DNA of 64,000 nucleotides from Zygnema circumcarinatum SAG 698-1b (Eukaryota > Plantae > Zygnematophyceae): the NCBI GenBank assembly GCA_037447605.1, contig CM074819.1, positions 310,001 through 374,000 of the forward strand. The letters are read 5' to 3'. Both the position numbers and the translations under genes were made by a program. The notes beneath the pieces were generated by a model. That model made no database searches. It saw nothing but the letters and a program-made list of their open reading frames with translations, and was not told where the DNA came from. The stretch's first letter is position 1. Every line of letters starts with the position of its first letter. This document shows, piece by piece, positions 50,095-62,100 of the stretch.

Positions 50095-51002
50095 GGAACT
50101 GGGCCGGGTCCCTCCCTCCCCTCCGCCCCCGCACAGCCCCGCGTCGTTATCCCGCACGCTTGTACTGCGCCGCGGGGAGGGGACGGGGAGGGAGGAAAGG
50201 GGAGGGCGGCGCGCCCGCAGACGGACGATGTGCTATAAGCAAGCAAGCAAGATGACGGGGCCGCCCGCCGGTCGTATTTATTCAAGGAAGGAACGACTGC
50301 TACTGTCAGGGACTCGATTCTGTCCTGGGCCCCGTCCATTCCTTCTATAAACAGCGAATAGAGCCCGTAATTCTGTCATTTTATTTTTATTTTTTATGAT
50401 GCCCTAGAAGTAGAAAACTTTTCTTTTGTAGTCATTTAACTTGAAGATAATTATCGTAAGCGCCTTCTGTAGTGTTGAAAGGTCACGTGTCTAGGAACTT
50501 GACGTCGGCCAGCCGTCGCTGCCCCCGTATTGTATACAGTTCGGCGCATTAGTACTTGCTCCTTACATTAGCACTTACTTGCATTAGTACTTACTTGCGT
50601 GCTACTTTGCACCGTTTCGATATGGGATTGGGATTTCGCGTCAGTGGCTGAGTCAAAGGGTGCGCGGACGTCACGCCGACAACGGGCCATCTCAGACTAC
50701 AAAAAAAAATTGAGAGAGAATCTTTTTTTAAATAACTACCGTAAAATCAAACAGGTTGACAAAAAGAAATTAAAGATTTTGGCTTCTCAAAACAACAGGC
50801 TGCGGATCAAGATCCTCGTGCGTTGCCTTTTTATAGAAATGTCTTCGAACCTTAATTATGTGAAGTGAACTGAAACGGAAACTGATCGAACACATAAGCT
50901 ATTTAATATTGTGTTCTGTTCAGTTGCGCGAGGTGCGATTTAAGCAATTAGAATGCACCACGTGGCCACTTTTAACACGCTGCGACACATACNNNNNNNN
51001 NN

Positions 51003-53340
51003 CGAATGGCATGTCATTATCTTGAATGCCATGGGCAGTGATGCCTTAGTGCAATGTGCATTTGATGCCTTGCGCTTGCTGCGGTCGAAGGACCATGTGC
51101 TCAGTCTTCGAGTCCTGCTCCCACAACATGTGGCAGTGAGGGCTTATCCACAAACTGATTGGAAAGTGGTAAAGCTATGGAAGAAGGGCTTCCCCCTTCT
51201 TAGGTGGATGCAGTGGATCTCCCACCGCTAGCGCCGGGTGAAGTCCCCTCATTCCTTGTGTAGGGATCGCTTCGCCCCCACGCATCACATGTGCTACGTC
51301 CATTTTCCACTTGGCTCATCGCAAGGCGACCTTCCCGCTGCTCGGCTGATGGGCACCGCCAGCGGTACCGCTGACACCGGCGCTTACGCTTAACTTTGCT
51401 AGTGCAGCTTTTGTCGTGACCGGGCAGGTTTGCGGCCCGTTCCTCAGCCCGGAGCAGTGTAACTTTCGGGATGTACCTTACTCGCCGCATTTCGCGCCAA
51501 GAAGGCACTTGAAGATTCGCCATACCGTAGCCAACTCCGCTTGTTGACGTTGTTAGCCCCAGGAACAGACTTTATCTTGGGGAGCAAATGGCTGACGCAT
51601 ATGGGTGCCCAGCTGGATTTTGTTGTCCCTAATTGCGTCCTCCGCAGTGAAGGTAGACGCATAACGCTGCAACCAGGCAGTCCTTCCGGACCGGCCTCTT
51701 CGCAGTCGTCTTTGTCGTTTCTGTGCTCTGCCATGCAAATTGGCAAGGCCCTGAAAACGAATAGCATCTTGTTTATGGTGCAAGTCATGACGGCAACCGA
51801 GGATGCTCATGACGAGGATCAGGAGTGGCAACCCACTGCGGGTGAGGCCATGCCCACTGTTCCAGCTATGTTTCAACCTTTGTTGAAGGCGTTTGAGGAT
51901 GTGTTCCCAGACGATCTGCCAAGGGGTTTGCCTCCAGCCCGCGGGGTAGGGCATACCATACCCCTTGAGCCAGAGCAGAAACCTCCTTGGCGGCCTATCT
52001 ATAGGCTTAGTCCAAAGGAGACCGAGGAGATGCGTAAGCAACTCGCTAATCTGCGTGATAAGGGCTGGATTGAACCCAGCCAGAGCCCTTTTGGAGCTCC
52101 CATCCTTTTCGTCGGAAAGAAGGATGGATCTTTGAGAATGTGCATCGATTATCGGGCACTCAATAAGATCACGGTAAAGAACAGATTTGCCTTACCACGC
52201 ATAGACGATCTGCTAGATCGTCTGCAGGGGGCAAAGGTGTTCACCTCGCTCGACCTTGCCCAGGGGTACCATCAGATTCGAGTCACGGATGCTGATGTGC
52301 CTAAGACGGCATTCCGGACGCCGATCGGTCACTTCCAATACAAGGTGCTACCTTTTGGACTGACCAACGCTCCGGCTACTTTCCAAGCCGTGATGAACGA
52401 GATGTTCATCGGCATGGATGAGTTCGTCCTGGTCTACCTGGATGATATCCTGGTATTCAGCAAGACAAACACAGAGCACCTTGTGCATGTGCTAGTGTCC
52501 GGTGAGGTGTTGCTAAAACACACGCTTTATGCCAAGTTTAAAAGAAATGTGGAATCTCATGCAACGCAGCTGTTATATCTTGGGCATACACCCTGAATGA
52601 TCAGTATTCTAAACCCCATCCAGCCCAAGGTGTCTCACAGAAATATACTGGTCAGTAATCGCTGATCTTCATCAGCTTCGCGGTCTTTCTGGATTTGCGA
52701 CTATTTCCGTAAATTTATCCAAGGCTTCGCCAGCAGAATTGGTGACACACCGGCTAATTAACTTCCGGGATACGCCCGTGTCGCTTATGCATGGGACGCT
52801 GGTGCCGCATTTCCACCTTTGATGGTGTTAGACATGCGCTTGTGACAGCACCTACGTTGAGGTTGGCTGATCCGCGGTTACCATATGAGGTGGTATGTGA
52901 CGCTTCTGGGTTCGCTTTGGGTGCGGTCTTGTTCCAAGACGACCAACCTCTTGCTTACGAAAGTCTAAAGTGATGAACCCAAATGGAAGCGAACTATTCT
53001 CGCCATGCAGCAGGAGGTTTGGTCGCGGGTTCACGCCCCGGTGACATGGCGCTGTTATTCGAGGGGCGGTGGCAAATACGCTGGTCACGCATCACCGCCC
53101 AATCGACGCCTTCCACTCAAAGAAACTCTTTTCGAAAGCGCGTGCGTGCACGCCGGGGTCCGAAGTTCCTCCAATCCGCTCGACCGCGAAGTGGGTATAC
53201 GTGCCCCGGGAGGTCAATGTAGCGGACCCACTTAGCAGGCAACCCATTCATCTAGCCTGGATGATGCGCTCGTCGACTCGAGTGTTGGTGGTACGAGATG
53301 GTGGAAACGAAGGGCCGGCCAACCCAGCGTTTACATCTCC
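51003..53340 (+). mobile_element. Decayed Ty3/gypsy gag-pol fragment (protease end, RT, RNase H; integrase absent)
   Basis: DFILGSKWL; RT motifs SPFGAPILFVGKKDGSLRMCIDYRALN, LDLAQGYHQI, PFGLTNAPATFQ, YLDD; RNase H motifs VVCDASGFALGAVL, NVADPLSR. Several frameshifts. Confidence 0.92.
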
Positions 53341-53353
53341 AGTATGTTTTGTA

Positions 53354-54800
53354 TGTAGCGTAACGCTTCAGCGTGACCCTGGAGGCGTACTCATAGTGAT
53401 ACTATGACTATCCCTTCATCCGCTTAGCTGTTGTTAGACGTGCCGCCACATCCTGCGAAGAGGTCTTGGGCTCGATCCTTGTTGCGTGCAAGGGGATCTT
53501 TTGATCAGACTAGCCGTCCGCATGCGTATGACGCGACCGGCATACGGATCCCGCCAGCCAGAGCGCCGCCAAGACGCGCCGGGCGCACCGCCGCCATTAC
53601 AATTCGGGCGAGATGCGGGCGCATTTGATAAGTACCGGGCCCTAGACAGACGGACGTATCGGGATGTGTCCGCTCATGCATTTCTAGCCGCGGCGCCAGC
53701 CGTGACGACGGGCGCCGCCGCCGCTGGCCGCGATACCGTGAGATGCTACAAACCATCGGTTTGTCCCTCTCTCACCATACGGGCTTAAGGATCTCCGCCA
53801 CACCCGCCGGCTCGGGATAAGGTGTCCCGGCCCCGTCCTCCATGCCGGGTAGGGGGGTTCAACCCGGGGAGCTTTAAGTCAGCCTCGATGGGGAGACCAT
53901 CCGAGCTCTTTGTACCAGCATTGAGCTCACGCTCCTCTCTCTCTCTCTCCTTCTCTCTTTGACACTTAGACTTTCAGAGCAGCCTGCCAGGGGGCAGGTT
54001 GTTACATTGGTATCAGAGCCAGTGCCCGGTATTTGTAATCCACCCTAAAAACACCGTGATCTCTGAGCATGGTACGGAACCCGTTCCTTAGTGGCCTGAG
54101 GGGCTAAGGCCGTAGTCCATGTGTTGAAGGAGCTTGAACGCTGCTCGTGAAAACCCTTGAGTGCGCTCGAGGACGAGCCCGGTTTAGGTGGGGAGGAATG
54201 TTGCGAAACCCTATACATGTGTTGTATGGCCTGGTACTTACATCCGCGGTTGCCTTTTAATGGTAAAGCACCGGTGTGGGTACCGGGAGGTCTTGTGTTC
54301 GAACCTTGCCAAGGGCAGGTTCGTTACACATTCGGAGGCGACTCCACTAACGCTTCTTTCCGCCGCTTCATTCGTCGCGCGGGCGCGAACAAAAATTGAC
54401 GGAAAAGGAAAGTTACGAAATTCAACAAACGGCCGGTGCGACGGCGTCATATCTGCCTTTGTCGGGGCATTAATCAGCCGACAATCACAATCCCGCCGAC
54501 ATTTAAAACGTGAAAAGTATATTTCAAATAGAGCCAAATAGAGGCCGTTTAGATTGCACAATGCGGAGACGTCGTGACGTTCGATGGCAGAAACTCTTAC
54601 GGAACAACAGCGATATCATCTTCCCTGTTCTTCACCTCCTCCCGACTTCCATTTCTTACACTCGCCCGTCTAGCCTAAGAGTTGCCGGTGGTGCTTGCCG
54701 CCAAGCTCTTTGTTCCGTGGGGGGGTCTACCCGTAACCAACACTTATATTAAGCTGCGGTTTTTCTCTGCCCGTTAAACTGGCTGCCTTCGCTGCATTTC
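53354..54800 (+). mobile_element. TRIM-like unit: LTR (53354-54006), PBS, ~190-bp internal region, PPT, second diverged LTR (from 54199; right end uncertain)
   Basis: TGTAGCG...GTTACA, then TGGTATCAGAGC (tRNA-iMet-type PBS, 54008-54019), AGGTGGGGAGGAA (PPT, 54186-54198) and TG. The two LTRs share patches (CATCCGC, GAGGTCTTG.G.TCGA.CCTTG, AGCTCTTTGT). Confidence 0.55.
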
Positions 54801-55079
54801 ATCTACCGAGAGAAACGAAATGACGATAAATAATGATTGGTGGAGGAGGAGGAGGAAAGAGGAAGGAGGAGGAAGGAACATGGAGTGTGGTGAAAGGGAG
54901 AATGGTGGAAGGGCGAAGGAAGAAAAAGGAGAGGGTGTTGAGGAAGGAGGAGGAGGAAGAAGGAGGTGTTGAGGAGGAAGGCGGAGGAAGGAACATGGAG
55001 TGTGGTGAGAGGGAAAATGGTGGAAGGGCGAAGGAAGAAGTTGAAGAGGGTGTTGAAGAAGGATGGAGGCTACTAACCA

Positions 55080-55100
55080 AATGTTGTAATATTAAGATTT

Positions 55101-55134
<34 letters not shown>

Positions 55135-55880
55135 TTTTGTTTGTTTTTTTTTTGTGTGTGTGTGTTTTTTTTTTTTTGTGTATTTGCGTGTGTGAAAAAA
55201 ACAAAAAAAAAAAAAAAAAAAAAAAAATCAAACTAATTAATACAACATGAGGCCTCATGTTGTAATATTTAGATTGATTATGTTTTTTTTTTTTAAACCA
55301 CACACAAACTGCGACGACAGAATGAGGCCTCATTCTGTCGTTTGTGTGTGTGTGTATTTGCGTGTGTGACTTTTACAAACAAAAAAAAAAAAAAAAAAAA
55401 AAAAATCAAACTAATTAATACAACATGAGGCCACATGTTGTAATATTTTTTTAGATTGATTATGTATTTTTTTTTTTAAACCACACACAAACTGCGACGA
55501 CAGAATGAGGCCTCATTCTGTCGGCGCAGTTTGTGTGTGTGTGTATTTGCGTGTGTGACTTTTACAAACAAAAAAAAAAAAAAATGATAAAAAAGATATC
55601 ATGATGTACATAACGTTCGTACTTACGCTCACACTCATGTATTGTATAGCAAATAACCCTGGAAAGATTTCGGAAGGACCCGGTCCTGAAGATAATGATG
55701 TTCGCATTCTTCATCATTTTCTTCATCATTTTCTTCATCATTTTCTTCATCATTTTCTTCATCATTTTCTTCATCATTTTCTTCATCATTTTCTTCATCA
55801 TTTTCTTCATCATTTTCTTCATCTTTTTCTTCATCATTTTCTGATTTTTTTTTTTTTTTTTAATTTTCTGTGATTGTGAA

Positions 55881-55940
<60 letters not shown>

Positions 55941-55957
55941 TGTGTGTGTGTGTGAGG

Positions 55958-55990
<33 letters not shown>

Positions 55991-56057
55991 TGTGTGAGAG
56001 TGTGTGTGTGTGTGAGGATGTGTGTGTGAGTGTGTGAGAGTGTGTGTGTGTGTGAGG

Positions 56058-56098
<41 letters not shown>

Positions 56099-56117
56099 AG
56101 TGTGTGTGTGTGTGAGG

Positions 56118-56149
<32 letters not shown>

Positions 56150-56386
56150 TTGCGTGTGTGACTTTTACAAACAAAAAAAAAAAAAAATGATAAAATGACG
56201 TCATGATGTACATAACGTTCGTACTTACGCTCACACTCATGTATTGTATAGCAAATAACCCTGGAAAGATTTCGGAAGGACCCGGTCCTGGAGATAATGA
56301 TGTTCGCATTCTTCATCATTTTCTTCATCATTTTCTGATTTTTTTTTTTTTTTTTCATTTTTTGTGTGTGAGAGGGTGTGTGTGTG

Positions 56387-56459
<73 letters not shown>

Positions 56460-56485
56460 GTGTGAGAGACTGTGTGTGTGTGAGG

Positions 56486-56527
<42 letters not shown>

Positions 56528-57870
56528 TTTCGTGTGTGACGTTTACAAACAAAAAGGTCAACAAACTAACAAGTCAGTCAGCCAGTCAGTCTATGAGTCC
56601 ATCTGTCAGTCAGTCAGTCAATCAGAAGTCAGTCAGTGTCTATCAGTCTGTCGGCCAGTCAGTCAGTTAGTTAGGTTGTCCGTCCATAGTCAGTCAGTCC
56701 TCTGGACTTAAAAGATTTTACAGTCCTCTGGACTTTAAAGATTTTGCTGGAAATCGCTGGAAATCGCTGGAAATCGCTGGAAATTTTGAAAAGCTGGACA
56801 TTTTGAAATCTTGGACATCTGGAAATTTGGACATTTGGCAGTTTTGAAAATTACCAAAAAAAAAAAAAAAAAAATGATAAAAATGACGTCATGATGTACA
56901 TAACGTTCGTACTTACGCTTGACTTATGTGTTGTATAGCAAATAACCATGGACAGATTTCGGAAGGACCCGGTCCTGGAGATGACGATGTTCAAAAAGAT
57001 CGAGAAAATTTCGGAAACATAAGATCTTGATGAAAAAAGGTTCGTACTTACGCTCACACTCATGTATTGTATAGAGAATAACCCTGAAAAGATTTTGGAA
57101 GGACCCGGTCCTGGATATGGTGATGTTCGAAAAGATCGAAATTTTTTCGGAAACATAAGATCTTGATGAAAAAAGGTTCGTACTTACGCTCACACTCATG
57201 TATTGTATAGCAAATAACCCTGGAAAGATTTCGGAAGGACCCGGTCCTGGAGATAATGATGTTCGCATTCTTCATCATTTTCTTCATCATTTTCTGATTT
57301 TTTTTTTTTTTTTTTCATTTTCTGTGAGTGTGAGTGTGAGTGTGTGTGTGTGTGTGTATTTTCGTGTGTGACTTTTACAAACAAAAAAAAAAAAAATCAA
57401 ACTAATTAATACAACATGAGGCCACATGTTGTAATATTTAGATTGATTATGTTTTTTTTTTTAAAACCACACACAAACTGCGACGACGAATGAGGCCTCA
57501 TTCTGTCATCGTAGTTTGTGTGATTTTTTCTTGGTTTGTTGCAATATTTAAATTGTTTTTATTTTTTAAACCAAACCAAAGAAAAAATACACTCTCAATA
57601 TTACAACATAAGGCCAAATGTTGTAATATTAAGATTTGTTTTTTTTTTTTTTTTTCCCTGTGACTGTGTTTGTGTGTGTGTGTATTTGCGTGTGTGACTT
57701 TTACAAACAAAAAAAAAAAAAAAAAAAAATCAAACTAATAAATACAACATGAGGCCACATGTTGTAATATTTAGATTGATTATGTTTTTTTTTTTTAAAC
57801 CACACACAAACTGCAAAGACAGAATGAGGCCTCATTCTGTCGGCGCAGTTTGTGTGTGGTTTTTTTTTGG
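55080..57870. repeat. AT-rich complex satellite: palindromic ~190-260 bp units, ~135-bp units, (CTTCATCATTTT)n, (GT)n and (GCTGGAAATC)n
   Basis: Repeated blocks read directly. All ORFs here are low-complexity. Confidence 0.9.
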
Positions 57871-57884
57871 TTTTTTTCCCATTT

Positions 57885-58460
57885 TAGGGCTACGTGGCAA
57901 CACCTGACTGGATAACAGACATCCAAAAACACACTACAGCACCAACGTGGCAATTTCTGACTGGATAAGAATTATAACTAATTCCGTTCGTGCTAACCAA
58001 TAGGAATGCACCACGTGGCCACTTTAAACACGCTACGCAAATACCCTATTTACAACAATACGTCCCGTAAAACATCCAAACCACAAACTGTCGTACATAG
58101 AAAACGACACGTGGCAATGACAGAATGGGTACGCGATATACCACATTTTCTACGCATTCGATCCGACGAAACGCACAACCAATCATGACGCGCGACGTGG
58201 CAACGTCAGACTCGCGGCAACTATACCCCATTTTCATTAAATTCATCATTCACAACCTAACCGAATCCGTACACCACATAAAACATCAAAATCGAACACC
58301 GTCGTACGTAGAAAACGACACGTGGCAATGACACAATAAGTACGCAATATACCCCATTTTCTGCGCATTCGATCCAACGAAACGCACAACCAATCAGGAC
58401 GCGCGACGTGGCAACGTCAGACTCGCGGCAACTATACCCCATTTTCATTAAATTAATCTT
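57885..58460. repeat. ACGTGGC (G-box/ABRE-like) repeat with an internal ~210-bp tandem duplication; partial second copy at about 50945-50992
   Basis: Seven ACGTGGC motifs (57892, 57945, 58013, 58109, 58195, 58320, 58406). GAATGCACCACGTGGCCACTTT.AACACGCT also occurs just left of the 50993 gap. Confidence 0.8.
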
Positions 58461-59132
58461 TCACAACATAATCGAATCTGTCGTACGGATCAAAACGACC
58501 GCAAAGCTTTTGCCTACGGCAACGCAAAAAACAAACCTTTCAGAAGCGTTAGGCCTTCGTTCATTCAACCAAATGAACGAGGTTGAACCATGAAAACGCA
58601 CCCTTACTATTCTTCCGTACGTGTAAGGATTCATCCGTACATGTCATATTTTACGGAGTTTTTCAAATACAATTTAGGGGACAACCCCTTATCTTAAGCC
58701 GAAATCCCCTATTTGAATAGGCCTGAAGTAGGGTAAACTTTATTTTTTTTTCTTTCATAACAGTACGAATGAGTGTACTTCCTCGTACGGAAAGTTCAAG
58801 TGCCGTGGTGGGGTCGCCTCCCTCCCTCCCTTCCGGCGACCCTCGAACTGCGACTCTCGCCCGCACTTCGAACTGCGTTCCCGCGCGGGGAGGGGAGGGC
58901 ACGGGAGGGCAGGGGAGGGGCAACTCGCTGCGCTGAGCTCCTGCCCGCGCTCTGCTCCTCTGTTCAAGCACGGCCAATGCCTTCTCTCTTCTTTCTGAGT
59001 TCCACTCTTCCTCTTGCTATTCTTTCTTATTTTGCGGCTTTCTCTTGCAAACGACAGCTTTAGAGTTTTCCGGCTCTAGCTCTCCTCTCCGTTTCTAGAG
59101 GAAGCGAGCCGCAGCTTGCTTCCTCTTCCGCC

Positions 59133-62100
59133 ATGGTGTGGTGTAGTTATTGCGGTCGCGACCAGGTTGCCGGAGTCGACGAATCCAACGGATTTACGTG
59201 CGTACCTCTCCCCCTTTGGCTGCGTCTTGCACTCCATATTCTTCATGGCGGTTTTGGAGTGTCCTTTAGTTCTCAAAGCATCGACTACGCCGATTGGTCG
59301 GCCTGGGATGCTAGCTTCTATTTAATGCGGAGTGGGGGTCAATTAGCGAATTTTGAAACTAGTTAAGTTTCAAAGCGTGAAAGTTTTTTGCTATAAACAT
59401 TTTGTTATTTTGGGTCAGTCATCAGCATACCACCTGGCATTCATATTAGAAACACGAGAGTATGTTGCAGCGAACCTTATTGCCAGCTGGGTTTTGGGCA
59501 ATTGTCTGCACCGACCTTGCTGCTGTTCGTGTTTGAGCTGTGAACTACGGGGACAATGAGCAACTGCACAATCATTCACTTGGCTTCTAGCTCGGTCATA
59601 TTGTTCTGACGATGAGGCAAAGCTTCGTCATTTCATGTCGCTGTACTTGCCATACTATGTGAGATAGGAACACTCGCTGTAATTGCCTGCACTTTAGCTC
59701 TGAAATAAATAAAGTCCAAGATTTCGCTAGAGGCTCTCAGCCCGTAGGCACCTTGACCTCAAAACTCAACGGACCTCTTGGCGAATCAACCACTCATATG
59801 CTAATGAACTTACGATATGATTATGATTTTTCTTGCTACCTTATGTGAAATGCCGTTTGATCTTGATTGAACCGTTTACATAGATTTGAGCTTCCTTTCT
59901 GTCATTATCGAGGGGGTTCGGTGAGGATAGCTTTTGCCTCATGTTTCAGTATTGCAAGTTGATCCTTTCCCTCCCTTGATGCCTAAAGAAGTTTGTGAAG
60001 TTTTGGAGCTCCAGTTCCTCACATGGCTGATTTTGATCGTTTTTGATGGCTCCATGTATTTGGCAGATGTTGCACAGGATGTGGGCGTGTCATAGACGAT
60101 ACTGTCTACTCCAGTGACGTGACCTTCAGCAAAGGGCCTGGAGGTGTGGTATGTATTTTCTTGCAACGATGAATGTAGTGCTCCCTTTTTCCCTTTCTTC
60201 TTCATTCACTCTGCCCCCCTCTATCATTCTCTGGTTCCTTTTTCAACTGGACAAATTGTTTCCCTTTCCCTTTGTTCGGTCATATCGTCTGTTTCATGGC
60301 TGGCCTTCTTCCAGTCCTCCACTTTCTCATGTGCTGCCTTTCCTTCTCATTCTGCACGCGCTTCTTATTGCTCTTTCTGGTTGCTCGCTTGCCTTTCCCT
60401 CTGTTTTTTCATAACCTACACTATGCCTTTTTTTTCCTTTTCCCTTACCTCTCCATTCTGCTCTACTCGAGGTTTTCTGTCCTGTCCTTCTCCTTCTTGC
60501 CTTTTCCCTCTAACATTTCCTTCTGGGCTCGTCTCCACCACTGAGCTCCCTTAATGAATCATCTCACCTTTATTTTTGTTTCTCCCGTATTCCTGTGCAC
60601 TCCTTCGTGACTGCAGTCACTTTGGCAGATTTTGCCGAGAATTTTCGCCTTTTATTCATTTCCTTGTGTTTCTCTTTTCCTGACTCTGATTCCTGCGCTC
60701 GCGTCATGAACCCAGGAATCTTCTGTCCCTTTTTTTTTTTCCCTTTCTTGCATAAAACCCTGCTCGGCGAACATGTTAGTCTCAGAATTCTAAGCGTTGT
60801 TTTGCCAGCTTTGGTGCTGGAGTGGACGGCTACACAACGTTTCCGATGTCTCTCCCGTAGCTGAAACCCTACGAGAGCCACAGGTTGAATCTTGAGAATG
60901 AAAAATCTCCATTTTCTTCACATTGGAGGTGGCGGGGGTGCAGAGCACGGCCGACGGCAACTTCGTGGGCGACTCGCAGGCGAGTTTGGGCCGCTTGGGG
61001 GGGGCGGGGCCGCGCGGCTTCGGCTCGCAGTCCTTCTCGCACGAACGCACTGCAGCGAAAGGTGCTGCTCTGCACCCCCAACCCACTCCTATTCATGTTT
61101 TCTTGAATCAGACGAGTTTGTGTGTAGATCACCCACAATACGATAAGCTACTGTGTTGTTTCCAGATCGAAACCTCCGTGCTTTCTATTGGTTCTCCGTT
61201 CTTCTTTTTGTTATGAACCTGTGCTTTAGTCCAACAGCCCAGTAGGTCTGCCATCTCCCTGCGCGCTTGAGACCCCGCATAGTGTAACGCAGCGCTGAAG
61301 TTATGTTCACAAAAGCCATCTTCAACTCACATGATGCCGAGGGAGTTTGCTTCACAAATTTGAAAGACCCTCCGTTTCAAGTTGTGCTTGTCACATCATC
61401 GTCTAAACATCATATGCAGAAAATTTAAAGGCCCATTTGGCTTATGCCAGCAAATGGCAACAACAGCAAGTTTTTTTTCCCGGGGGAGGATGCCATTGAG
61501 CTCATGTAACCGTACATTCTGCTTCCATAGGCAAAAACGAAATAGTTGACATAGCGGACCGCTTAGCCATTCGCCCACGCGAGGAGGTGGTCAGTGCGGC
61601 GCACCGACTGTACCGGGTAAGACGCTTTTTGTTCGTATTCGTTCCATAAATCGGGGTTGGCTCCTCTTTCCTTGATTGTTTGACTGCTAGGGATTTGAAG
61701 TTTTATCATGGCCGGCTCATCTTACCGATGCCTCATTTGGAAGTGCTGTTGTTTGGGATTGTGGGGGGATTCAGATAGCTTTACAGCACAATTTCACACG
61801 TGGACGGAGGACCAATCAGGTGGGCGCAGCGTGCCTCTACATCGTGTGCCGGTCAGTCCGCTGCCCCTCCTCCACTCCGCCATTGCTGCTATAGAAGCTG
61901 CTGCTCGACAGCGCACGGAAATCGGAATCGGTCATGGGCAAGTTGAAGCTTGTGGAGACGAGAAGTGACGAGGAATCTCATATAGAAGGTCTGTAAGAAG
62001 GCGAGCAAAAGGGTTATAATTCTTCTGCAGAGCTATCCTGATTTGTTTTGCTTGTCATGGCTATGGGGAACAGTCAAGAAAGGAAGCCATACATGCTCAT

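Noticed and set aside
55562-56711. ORFs with MMKK, poly-HT and poly-CV repeats; possible CRISPR-like periodicity
   Set aside because: Simple-repeat translations. The repeat units have no unique spacers and the context is eukaryotic, so this is not a CRISPR array.
58500-58590. Hairpin CGTTCATT-caacca-AATGAACG as a possible Helitron 3' end
   Set aside because: No CTRR terminus at the expected distance and no matching 5' TC end identified.
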